Shown piece after piece: positions 24,250-35,983 of a stretch of DNA of 64,000 nucleotides. The DNA lies in NCBI RefSeq assembly GCF_006345805.1, contig NC_043020.1, forward strand, positions 26,226,001-26,290,000, given 5' to 3'. Position numbers and translations under genes: made by a program. This DNA comes from Octopus sinensis (lineage: Eukaryota). Position 1 is the stretch's first letter. Each line of letters begins with the position of its first letter. The notes under the pieces are model-generated. The model did not search any database, was not told the origin of the DNA, and was given only the letters and a program-made list of their open reading frames with translations.

Positions 24250-25005
24250 CACAGCTCAGCTCATCTCTACTCAGTTCAGCTAAGCTTAGGTCATCTCAGA
24301 TAAGCCCAGCCCATCTCATCTCAGTTCAGCACAACTCATCTCATCTCGGCTAAGCCCAGCTCAGCTCATCTCATCTCAGTTCAGTCCAGCACAGCTCATC
24401 TGAGCCCAGCCCAGCTCATCTGAGCCCAGCCCAGCTCAGCTCATCTCTGCTCATCTCAGCTCAGATCATCTCAGCTAAGCCCAGCTCTGCTCATCTCAGT
24501 TCAGCTCAGATCATCTCAGCTAAGCCCAGCTCAGCTCAGCTCATCTCTGCTCAGCCCAGATCATCTCAGCTAAGCCCAGCTCAGCCCAGCTCAGCTCATC
24601 TCTGCTCATCTCAGTTCAGCCCAGCTCAGCTCAGATCATCTCAGCTAAGCCCAGCTCAGCTCATCTCTCATCGCTCATCTCATTCAGCCCAGCTCAGCTC
24701 AGATCATCTCAGCTAAGCCCAGCTCAGATCATCTCTGCTCAGCCCAGATCATCTCAGCTAAGCCCAGCTCAGCTCATCACTGCTCATCTCAGTTCAGCCC
24801 AGCTCAGCTCAGATCATCTCAGCTAAGCCCAGCTCAGCTCATCTCTGCTCATCTCAGTTCAGCCCAGCTCAGCTCAGATCATCTCAGCTAAGCCCAGCTC
24901 AGATCATCTCTGCTCAGCCCAGCTCAGATCATCTCTGCTCAGCCCAGCTCAGCTCATCTCTGCTCATCTCAGTTCAGCCCAGCTCAGCTCAGATCAGATC
25001 ATCTC
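24250..25005. repeat. Pentamer satellite (TCAGC/CCAGC/TCATC/TAAGC) with a 65-bp higher-order unit
   Basis: A 13-pentamer unit repeats at 24794 and 24859. Confidence 0.95.
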
Positions 25006-25239
25006 GCGCTCGACATTCTTTTTTTTAAATCATAATTGTTTCAGCACATTTTTATGCTCATTGGTGAGATGATATAATAAAAATATTGTCTAATCACTAT
25101 CTATGGATTCTATAGAGTTCTTGATGTATAGCCACTAACTAGAGCATTCTCACTGTATGTTGACATCAGGTAGCCAATAACTGGATGAGCTTTGCATAGC
25201 ATGCTACAACGTTTTTACCTGGATCTTATTTAACTTATA

Positions 25240-25715
25240 TGTGACTGTGGTAAGAAGTTTTCTTCTCAACCACATGGTTCTGGGTTCAGTTCCTCTGCAT
25301 GGCACCTTGGGCAAGTATTTTCTACTATAGCCTTGTGTCGACCAAAACCTTGTGAGTGGATTTGGTAGACAGAAACTGAAAGAAGCCTGTTACATATACA
25401 GTTGAAATTTACAGAAAGACAAAAGAAGACAGGTGTGTAAACAACAAGCAGGTGTATTAGTTTGATGTCGGGAAAGCGAGAAAGTCTTTTATGTGTGTGT
25501 GTGTTTGTGTTTGTCCCCACAACACTGTTTGACACCCCATGTTGGTGCGTTGATATCCCAGTAACTTAACGGGTTGACAAAAAGGACTGATAAAATAAGT
25601 ATCAGTCTTTACAAAAAAAAATAGTATTGGAGTCAATTTATTTGACTAAAAATTCTTCAAGGCTGTGCCCCAGCATGGCCACAGTCCCATGACTGAAACA
25701 AGTAAAAGATGAAAG
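25240..25715 (+). mobile_element. SINE C split by an H2 fragment (25415-25490) at its internal microsatellite
   Basis: Head 25240-25395, tail 25500-25715. Confidence 0.75.
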
Positions 25716-26320
25716 ATATGTGTGCGTGTGTATGTGTATGAAAGTACATGCATGTGTCTGTGTGTTTGTGCGTGTTTTTGTGTGTGTTTGTGTGTGTTGT
25801 GTGTGTTGTGTGTGTTGTGTGTGTGTGTGTTGTGTGTGTGTTGTGTGTGTGTTTGTGTGTGTGAAGAATTTTGAGTGTTGACATTCAGTTTTCCAACTAA
25901 ACCTGCTCCCAACACTGAAAGAAAATATTATTGAAAAGTTTCTCGATAAATGTTACCATCTTTTAAAGTTTCCGAAGTGAGATTCTTTGTCTGAGATGGG
26001 TTAAGGAAATGAAGAAGACGAAGAGGAAAAGAGAAAAAGAATATGTGTTTTAAAAATGTGCTTCTTTTTTCATTGGTCAATTGGATGTGCTTAAAAATAC
26101 AATTCCTCACACACTGCGAAGATAAGTGAGCAAGCAAGGAAATAAGCGAGCGAGCGAATAAAGGAAATGGGCGAGTGAGTGAATGAATGACTGAATGGAG
26201 TGAGTGAGGGAGGGAGCGGAATGAGTGAGCGAACGAAGTTGAGAGTTTGGTGTGGTGGAGCGTGGAGTGGCGGTTGCATTGGTACACTCCGCCTTACACT
26301 AAACCTTCTCTGACACTTAC

Positions 26321-26372
26321 GAAATGATGTTTTTACAGCAAGTCTTGGCATTTGCCAGGATTGAAATGTCAT
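26321..26372 (-). CDS. Candidate first coding exon MTFQSWQMPRLAVKTSF (phase 1), copy 1
   Basis: aaaacaacATG context, an in-frame TAA just upstream, and a consensus donor TTC|GTAAGT in non-repetitive CpG-retaining sequence. The protein is not recognised. Confidence 0.4.
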
Positions 26373-27336
26373 GTTGTTTTAGCGGAGATCTTTGACGAGC
26401 TACTATGAGTGTGGTGGCGCCGGTGGAGGAGGAGGTGGTGGGTGGGTGTGAAGGAGGAGGATGCTTTTAGACAATATTTAGTGTTGCACAATAGCATACT
26501 TCTGTGTGTGTGTGTGTGTGTGTGTGTTTTGTCCCCACAACACTGTTTGACACCCCATGTTGGTGCGTTGATATCCCAGTAACTTAACGGGTTGACAAAA
26601 AGGACTGATAAAATAAGTATCAGTCTTTACAAAAAAAAATAGTATTGGAGTCAATTTATTTGACTAAAAATTCTTCAAGGCTGTGCCCCAGCATGGCCAC
26701 AGTCCCATGACTGAAACAAGTAAAAGATGAAAGATATGTGTGCGTGTGTATGTGTATGAAAGTACATGCATGTGTCTGTGTGTTTGTGCGTGTGTTTGTG
26801 TGTGTTTGTGTGTGTTGTGTGTGTGTGTGTATGTGTGTTTGTGTGTTGTGTTTGTGTTGTGTGTGTGTTTGTGTGTGTGAAGAATTTTGAGTGTTGACAT
26901 TCAGTTTTCCAACTAAACCTGCTCCCAACACTGAAAGAAAATATTATTGAAAAGTTTCTCGATAAATGTTACCATCTTTTAAAGTTTCCGAAGTGAGATT
27001 CTTCGTCTGAGATGGGTTAAGGAAATGAAGAAGACGAAGAGGAAAAGAGAAAAAGAATATGTGTTTTAAAAATGTGCTTCTTTTTTCATTGGTCAATTGG
27101 ATGTGCTTAAAAATACAATTCCTCACACACTGCGAAGATAAGTGAGCAAGCAAGGAAATAAGCGAGCGAGCGAATAAAGGAAATGGGCGAGTGAGTGAAT
27201 GAATGACTGAATGGAGTGAGTGAGGGAGGGAGCGGAATGAGTGAGCGAACGAAGTTGAGAGTTTGGTGTGGTGGAGCGTGGAGTGGCGGTTGCATTGGTA
27301 CACTCCGCCTTACACTAAACCTTCTCTGACACTTAC

Positions 27337-27388
27337 GAAATGATGTTTTTACAGCAAGTCTTGGCATTTGCCAGGATTGAAATGTCAT
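27337..27388 (-). CDS. Candidate first coding exon, copy 2 (identical)
   Basis: Duplicate of 26321-26372. Confidence 0.4.
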
Positions 27389-27949
27389 GTTGTTTTAGCG
27401 GAGATCTTTGACGAGATACTATGAGTGTGGTGGCGCCGGTGGAGGAGGTGGTGGGTGGGTGTGAAGGAGGAGGATGCTTTTAGACAATATTTAGTGTTGC
27501 ACAATAGCATACTTCTGTGTGTGTGTGTGTGTGTCTGTTTGCCTGGCTGCCAGCCTTTACTTAAGTATGTATGTATTTTTATGTATGTACTATATGCCTT
27601 TTTAAATGTGTGTATGTGTATATATATATGTGAATGTCTGAATGTGTAATTGTAAGAGTTTGTGGGGTTTTTAAAAAATTTCTTTATCTGTGTGTGAGTG
27701 TGTAGATTTCTGTGTCTGTCTTTTGACTGGCGACTCTATGAGTTCTAAATGGTAGAAAAACCCCAATTATACACACACACATACATATATATACACACAC
27801 ACACAGAAAGAGAGAGAGTCATAAATATATTTAAATATATTTCATTGGTAGAATTTTACAAACTGTTTCAAGAGCTGAAACTCTTGTCCCTTGCATCACT
27901 TTTGTATTTTGTGTGTATACCACACTTACATGTGTATGTGTGTGTGTAA

Positions 27950-27980
<31 letters not shown>

Positions 27981-28137
27981 ATATATATACATACACACAC
28001 ACACTTATATATATACATAAATGTATAAATGTATGCATATACATACATACTGCATATATATACTGGCTCAAGTTTAAATCTCTTCTGCTCTGTGAAGTGT
28101 ATTCTAAACAGAGAATATGTCTCTCATCTATTAACTA

Positions 28138-28201
<64 letters not shown>

Positions 28202-28202
28202 A

Positions 28203-28488
28203 TGGAGGCGCAATGGCCCAGGGGTTAGGGCAGCAGACTCACGGTCGTAGGATCGCGGTTTCGATTCCCAGAGTGGGTCTTGTTAGTGTTTATTGAGTGA
28301 AGACACCTATAAACTTCCATGAGGCTCTCGCAGGGAGTGGTTGCAGTCCCTGCTGTATTCTTTTGCCCCAACTTTCTCTCACTCTTTCTTCTGTTGGCTT
28401 GCTTGCTTAGCCAGCGGGGTGGCGTCATTTGAAGGCTAAAACAATGCGAAGCGCATTGTGACCAGCAATGTGTAGCAACATCTGTATA
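28203..28488 (+). mobile_element. Family G tRNA SINE with a distinct tail
   Basis: tggaggcgcaatggcccaggggttagggcagc...ggtttcgattccc head. Confidence 0.8.
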
Positions 28489-28523
28489 TATATGACACAC
28501 ACACACACACATACACACATATG

Positions 28524-28568
<45 letters not shown>

Positions 28569-28576
28569 GTATAGGG

Positions 28577-28735
28577 AGAGTTTACGAAAAAAACAAAAGA
28601 CGAAGACAGGTGGTGTACAAAACAAACAGATGTATTAGTATAACGCTCAGGAATAGAAAAGTCTTTTATGTTTCGAGCCTATGCTCTTCTACAGAAAGGG
28701 ACACAGAAAAAACAAGGAGAGAAAAAAGAGAGAAT
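28577..28735 (-). mobile_element. Penelope-like pLTR fragment, family H2 (degenerate hammerhead 28662-28698)
   Basis: Same family as 58660-58860; the minus strand reads cttt-CTGTAGA-agagcataggctc-GAAA-cata-aaag. Confidence 0.65.
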
Positions 28736-29611
28736 ATATATATATATATATATATATTCACATATATACATACATATATATATACATACATACATACATG
28801 CTCACACATATATATATATAAGTATATATAATGTTTAAACTTGTATGAGTTGTGAAAGAGCAGTTGCTGCCGTCTCGCTTGTTTTCCCTCTCTTTTTCTC
28901 CTTACTGCCATCCACCTGCCCACTCACATGTTAAGCCTTCTGCCGCCATGCAACTGCAGATATACCATTCACAGAACTACTCTTGTATTTCTGTTTTTGC
29001 AACAAACAATGCCACATGACAGATAATGGCTAATGGTCTCTGTGAGAGAGAAAGAGACAGACAGAGAGAATCTTGTCGCTTTAGACTAAAAGTTTTAAGA
29101 ACATAACAGTTTTGAGTTTAACGAAGAACTTAGCGTTGCAGACACGAAAGAGGAAGAGAAGAATGTGGGAACTGTGCAAGTGCTGCATGCATGCGCTTGT
29201 ATGAGTGTGTGTGTGTGTGTGTGCGTGTGGCATTTGTCATTGGTGCACTTCTGCGGCATTCTACCTATTGCATTAACCAGAACAGACAGACAGACGTAGA
29301 ACAGAACAATGTTACAATGCGACTTTAAATGACCGTTCCATATTCTTGGTAACGGTAAATACTTGTCTCTTTCAGTCTCTCTCTCTCTATCTCTCTCTCT
29401 TCTGCTTTCTCACTCTCTCTCTCTCTCCTGCTTTTTCTTTCTCTCTCTCTCTCTCTCTTTGTGTCTTCCCTTCGTATATCTCTGTCTTTTTCCTCTTGGT
29501 TATGTAGTATACACGCACGCATACATATATATATACATTTACATACATGCATATATTTATACATGTGTGTGTAGTTGTAGATATATATATACATATGTTT
29601 ACATGTGCTTT

Positions 29612-29644
<33 letters not shown>

Positions 29645-30597
29645 CTATATACATGTGTGTGGGTGGGTGTGTATATATATATACACACACGTATATATAT
29701 GCATACATATATATATTTATACACCAGCATATGATGTACATACGTGCATACAGACAGATAGATATATGCACACAGTTATATACGTGTTTGTGTATATGTA
29801 TGTATGTATTTATATATATATATATATATATGTACGTGTGTGTGTCTCTCTCTCTCTATATATATATATACACGCACACACACACACACTCGTATATTCT
29901 TTTCCATCTATTTTGTCCATGTCCTTTCAACATTTCAGAACTGAACAAAATGGTATTTCTTGTCACAACCAATGTTATTACAGCTGGTCGGCTGTCATCA
30001 TCATCATCATCACCACCACCATCACCACCACCACCATCACCTCTACCATCACCACCGTCACCACCACCATTGGCAGTGATTTGGCAGGACTGTTAGTGCT
30101 TCCAACTAAAATGCCATTCCACAGAACTGTTGCAGACAAAATGCTTTGCGCCATTCACACCAATTTTTTCTTCCAGTTCTTCACATTCTGTGTTCAAATC
30201 CCATCCACGTCAAAATTTTCCTTTCGTCTTCTGTTGGAGATTTTAATAAAATGAATACCAGTCATTTATTTGGGTACAGGTGGTGGTGGTGGTGGTGGTG
30301 GGGCTATGGTACGACATTTTTAGCAGAACGTCCAATTTTCAATGGATGGATGTATGTATGGTTCGGATGGAATTCGTTGAGGCAGGTTTTCTACATCGGG
30401 ATGCTCTCCCTGTCACCAAGCCTTACTTGTTTCCAAGCAAAGTAATTACCATACCATGTATCTCATAGAAGACTGGAAACAAACATTTGTTGTCCTTGTT
30501 GCTGGTGCTGATTGAAGTGGTGATGGTATTGGTGTTGCTGTTGGTGATTGTTGTTGTTGTTAAGCAACAAGATGGGTAAGGGTGATTAGGTGATGGT

Positions 30598-30918
30598 CTA
30601 GGGCTTAGGGGTGGGAGACCCCAGACCTTCCAAAAAAAAAAAAACTTTGGTTATCTTGTTGTAGTCGAGGGCTCTTCGTTGACTCCCAACACCACTGGGA
30701 GGTGGCCCTCGAAGTCGCTGGAAATGGAGATCTCCAGATCCAAATTCTTGAACGGCTGCTGCTGTTGGTGGTGATGGTGATGGTGGTGGTGATGGTGATG
30801 GTGGTGGTGGTGGTCCTTTCACTCTGTCCAGGGTCACCAACGTTGTCCTTTCAGAAGCAGCACCAACAGATGAAACACTCTCACCCTCCCTCTTCATCAT
30901 CATCATCATCATCATCAT
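30598..30918 (-). CDS. Open 106-codon frame in a GC-richer unique island (unverified)
   Basis: KREGESVSSVGAASERTTLVTLDRVKGPPPP...VQEFGSGDLHFQRLRGPPPSGVGSQRRALDYNKITK. The non-repeat part looks GC1-rich, but there are no good splice sites and part of it is trinucleotide repeat. Confidence 0.2.
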   Translation of the reverse strand: MMMMMMMMKREGESVSSVGAASERTTLVTLDRVKGPPPPPSPSPPPSPSPPTAAAVQEFGSGDLHFQRLRGPPPSGVGSQRRALDYNKITKVFFFLEGLGSPTPKP

Positions 30919-31360
30919 GTGACTTTCCTCCTCCTTCTCTCCCTCTCTCTCATTGACAAAGGATAATCAGATTTACTCGTCTTATATATGTATCCTGCTT
31001 GCATTTGTCGGTTTTCTATGCCTTTCCTAATGCCAACCACTTTGGATCAATTTGTTCAACAGAAACCCTTCAAGGAAATGCTCCAGCATGGCCACAATGA
31101 ATCAAGTGAAACAAATAAGGGATAAGAGATAACAATTTCTCTTCGCTTCTGACAGCTTCTGCTGTCAAAACACACACACACACACACACTCTTGTACTGT
31201 TTGGACAGCTTTCTTCTGCTACACACACACACACTTCTAATGTTGCTTGTCCAACGTAGGTGCAAGCACACCAGTCAATTAGTCATTCATCCTATGTCTG
31301 TCTGTCTGTCTCTCTCTGTCTCTGTCTCTCTCTCTCTGTCCACCTCTGTATCTCTGTTTG

Positions 31361-31391
<31 letters not shown>

Positions 31392-31869
31392 CTGTCTGTC
31401 TCTTTCACTCTTGCATCATTCATAATCTGATGATTACCTGTCAACCCTCTCTGTTTTTCTCTTTCTTCCTCCTTATCTCTCTCTCTCTCCTTGTAGTTCT
31501 GCCGCTCTTTCTACATATATCTCTTCTTCTTCTTCTCTCCTCCTCACTCATAGTCTGCATTTCTGCCATCCTTTTTCTGTCTCTCTATCTTTCTATATAT
31601 CTCTCTTTCTACATATATATCTCTCTCCCTCTCTCTCACTATCATTCTTTCCCATCCTTTCTAACACCTCACCCCCCCTCTATATATATATATATATATA
31701 TATCTCCCTCTCTACACATTTCTTTCTCTCTCTGTCTCTCTTTCTCTCTCTCTCGTATTCACAGTTCAATAGTTTAAATTTTCTGCCCTATTAATCTCAT
31801 CTTTCAAGATTTCTGTTTTCAACATTATTTTAACCAATGAAATATCTGATTAGAGTCACATGACACACG

Positions 31870-31952
31870 CCTCTCCTTTTTAGTATGTGCCGACCAAAAC
31901 CTCGTGAGTGGATTTGGTAGATGGAAACTGAAAGAAGCCCATCGTATATATG

Positions 31953-31983
<31 letters not shown>

Positions 31984-32380
31984 TTTTGTGTCCGTGTCTA
32001 TCCCCCAAACATCGCTTGACAACCGATGGTGGTGTGTTTATGTCCCCGTAACTTAGCAGTTCGGCAAAAGTGATCGATAGAATAAGTACTAGGCTTACAA
32101 AGAATAAGTCCTGGGGTCGATTTGCTCGACTAAAGTTGGTGCTCCAGCAGGGCCACAGTCAAATGACTGAAACAAGGAAAACAGAAAAGAGAAATATATA
32201 TATATTTTGGAACGTAAAAGCACCCACTACACTCTTGGAGTGGTTGGCATTAGGAAGGGCATCCAGCAGTAGAAACTCTGCCAGATCAAGACTGGAGCCT
32301 GGTGCAGCCATCTGGTTCGCCAGCCCTCAGTCAAACCGTCCAACCCATGCTAGCATGGAAAGTAGACATTAAACGATGAT
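31870..32380 (+). mobile_element. SINE C (31870-32190) followed by a family A 3' end (32210-32380)
   Basis: Family motifs as above. Confidence 0.85.
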
Positions 32381-32413
32381 GATAATATATATATATATGT
32401 ATATACATATATA

Positions 32414-32454
<41 letters not shown>

Positions 32455-33683
32455 TTCTGTGTGTATGTATATATGATATATGTTGTTTAGCCCTGGGTCA
32501 TCTCTTCTTGAGTGGACTTATGATGAGAGATATTCTGATCATGACCATCCCAGCATTTTTCTGTCATAGGGTATCAAAGACTACATTATTCAATGTCTTG
32601 TATTTTTCCTTCCTTTTTCTTTTACAATTTGAGGGGAGATTCTGCCTGCTATTTCTAGCGATTTGGACGACTGCATAGAGGCACTTTTATGATGTGATGG
32701 CATGCATGGTGTTCTGTTTATAAATGTTTATTTGTGTTTGTTTGTGTGCGTGTGTATGTGTTTGTGTCTTTATTTCTGTGTGTATGTATTGCGTCTGTGT
32801 TCGTATATGTTTGTGTGTGTGTGTGTGATTCTATGTTTGTGAGTGTGTATGTGTGATTCTGTGTGTGTGTATGTGTGCTTATGTTTCTCACAGTGTACTT
32901 GTTTCTGTGTGTATGTGTGTGTGAGAGAGTGTGTATGGTTCTGTCTGCCTGTGTTTGATGTGTGTATATGTGCATGTACATTTCTCTATATGTGTGTGTA
33001 TATGTATGTTTTTTCTATATATGTGTGCGTGTGTTTTTTGTCTGTGTGTGTGTATGTATTTATATATATATATCTGTGTGTTTGTATGTGTTAGATCTAA
33101 AAGACTGATGTGTATCATGTATAAAAAAGGTGCTAAAAAACCATTTTGTGTGCTTGTGGAACTGTGAAAGACAGAGGGTGGGTGGGCGTGGCGGGAAGGG
33201 TTTGGCTATTCTTCACAATAAAACTTGTCAAATGACTGAGTGGTGGTGGTGGTGGGGATGTTGTTAGATTTAGGTGGTGGGGAAAGGATTTGGTGATTGG
33301 TGCAACATTGGTGAGGTGTTGTTGTTGGTGATGGTGATGGTGGTGGTAGTGTGTCGGGGGAGGAGGTTGGGTGGGAGGGTCAGTGGTGTGACATTGGTGG
33401 TGATGGTGGCGGCAATGGCGATGGTGGCGGAGGTGCTGGTGGTGTCATATGATGCTGGTAGCTATACTAATGGGTGAATTATTGAACTAGTTTATTTAGT
33501 TGGCTTTTGTAATGGGCTTTTTACCAAATTGTAGCTGTTGTGATGATGATGATGGTGGTGGTGGTTGTGGTGGTAGTGGTGATGATGATGATGATGGTGC
33601 TGTTGACAGTGATGATGGCAGCGATGGTTGTAGTGATGATGATCATGTGATTGCCAATAATGTTGATGGTGACATCCATGCTG

Positions 33684-33720
<37 letters not shown>

Positions 33721-33977
33721 TAATATTAATGATAATAATAATAATAATAATGATAATAATAATAATAATGGTAATAATAATGATAATAATAATAATAATA
33801 ATAATGGTAATAATAATGATAATAATAGTAATAACAATGGTAATAATAATAGTAATAACAATAATAATAATAGTAATAACAATAATAATAATAACAATAA
33901 TAATTATAATAATAATGAGAGAGAAAACTTATATTAAATCTCTGAGCAAGAGATAAACAAAAACGGTACAGGATTGT

Positions 33978-34128
33978 AAAATATATTTGCCAACTAAATG
34001 TGGTGGTTTATAGAGGAAGATGTTACTGTTGTTTTTAGCTCCAGGAAGACCTCCCCTATAGCTGGTTAATGATATACAGTCTGTGTCCAATTAGTATTAG
34101 TGCAGGAGGACATTGCTCCCATCTCTAG
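33978..34128. mobile_element. Truncated copy of MITE family L
   Basis: Has one TIR plus internal sequence in opposite orientation to 34721-34945. Confidence 0.65.
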
Positions 34129-34299
34129 CCTTACGGGATACACATAGACCGAGGTTTCTGAGTGGTTGCCCATCCTCAGTGTGATGAAGAACTCATTCCA
34201 CTCTCAAAATATTATATCCTTTTTCTAGTGGACACATTGTTGCTGATCTCATGAATAGAGAGATAAGATATATTAAATCTCTGAGCAAGAGATAAACAG

Positions 34300-34497
34300 T
34301 GTCACTCTTTTACTATTTTACTTGTTTCAGTCATTTGACTGTGGTCATGCTGGAGCACCGCCTTTAGTTGAGCAAATCTTTGTAAGCCTAGTACTTATTC
34401 CATCGGTCTCTTTTGCTGAACCGCTAAGTTACGGGGACGTAGACACACCACCATCAGTTGTCAAGCGATGTTGGAGGGACAAACACAGACACACAGA

Positions 34498-34537
<40 letters not shown>

Positions 34538-34690
34538 CGATGGGCTTCTTTCAGTTTCCCCTCTACCAAATCCACTCACAAGGTTTTGATCAGCCTGAGG
34601 CTATAGTAGAAGACACTTGCCCAATGTTCCATGCAGTGGGACTGAACCCGGAACCATGTGGTTCGTAAGCAAGCTACTTACCACACAGCT
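34300..34690 (-). mobile_element. Full SINE C copy
   Basis: Reverse complement of 7042-7445. Confidence 0.9.
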
Positions 34691-34720
34691 GCTCCTCAGC
34701 CTGTTTCAGTACAGAATCGT

Positions 34721-34945
34721 AAAATATATTTGCAAACTAAATGTGGTGGTCCTATAACGGACAGTATTACTGTTGTTTTTAGCCCCAGTAAGAGTCTAGA
34801 GATGGGAGCGATGACCTCCCTTGCAAATACTAATTGGACACACACTGTGTGTCGTCGTCTGGCTGGAGGAGATAACTTCCTGGGGCTATAAACATCAGTA
34901 ATATCGTCCTCTATAGGACAACCACATTTAGTTGACATATATTTT
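34721..34945. mobile_element. MITE family L, ~225 bp with ~70 bp imperfect TIRs
   Basis: aaatatat..caactaaatgtggt..tcctata...gccccag at the left end is reverse-complemented at the right end. Confidence 0.8.
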
Positions 34946-35525
34946 TAGAATTATAATAATGATATCTGTTTGTGATGATGAGGTTGTTGGTGATGATGAT
35001 GATGGTGGTTGTGGTGATAATGTTGATGAAGATATTGCTGCTAATAATAATAATAATGATGATGAGGATGTTGTTAAGGATGGTGGTATTGATAATGATG
35101 ATGATGCTGATAATGATACAGTTATTATTAACGATGAAAGTGATTAATATTGATGTTAATGATGATAACAGTGCTGTTGTTGCTGCTGCTGCTGATGATA
35201 ATGGTGATAAATTGATGGAGGTGACAATGAAAGTGATAATGTTGTTGATATGATAATATTGGTGTTGATAATATTGATAATGATAATGTTGATATGAGTT
35301 GATGATTATAATGTTGATAATGTTGTTGATAGCAATAATGATGGCATTGATGATGATAATGGTGGTGCTAATGAAATCTCTTATGTTGATGATTACAATG
35401 TTTATGATGATGGTGAGCATGGAACTGATAATGTTGGGGATGATGGTGGTGATAATGTTGATATGAATGATATTTGTCATGTTTGGAATGATGATGTTGG
35501 TGGTGGTGGTAATGGTGTTGACGAA

Positions 35526-35983
35526 GGTGGCGAGCTGGCAGAAACGTTAGCACGCCAGGCGAAATGCTTTGCGGTATTTCGTCTGCAGCTGCGGTCTGAG
35601 TTCAAATTCCACCAAGGTCGACTTTGCCTTTCATCTTTTCGGGGTCAATAAATTAAGTACCAGTTACACATTGGGGTCGATGTAATCGACTTAATCCCTT
35701 TGGCTGTCCTTGTTTGTCCTCTCTGTGTTTATCCCCTTGTGGGTAATAAAGAAATAGGTATTTCATCTGCCGTTACGTTCTGAGTTCGCATTCCACCAAG
35801 GTCGACTTTGCCTTTCATCCTTTTGGGGTCAATAAATTAAGTACCAGTTATGCACTGGTGTCAATGTAATCGACTTAACACGTTTGTCTGTCCTTGTTTG
35901 TTCTCTGTGTTTAGCCCCTTGTGGGCAGTAAAGAAATAGGTATTTTGTCTGCCGTTATGTTCTAAGTTCAAATTCCGCTGAGG
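35526..35983 (+). mobile_element. Two tandem SINE B copies plus the start of a third
   Basis: ggtggcgagctggcagaaacgttagcacgcc... and repeated gtatttcrtctg junctions. Confidence 0.9.

Larger units (their letters stand above)
25510..27534. repeat. Near-identical ~1.02 kb tandem duplication (25510-26520 / 26528-27534)
   Basis: Offset 1013-1018; only a few substitutions plus microsatellite length differences; junctions lie in (TG)n. Confidence 0.95.
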
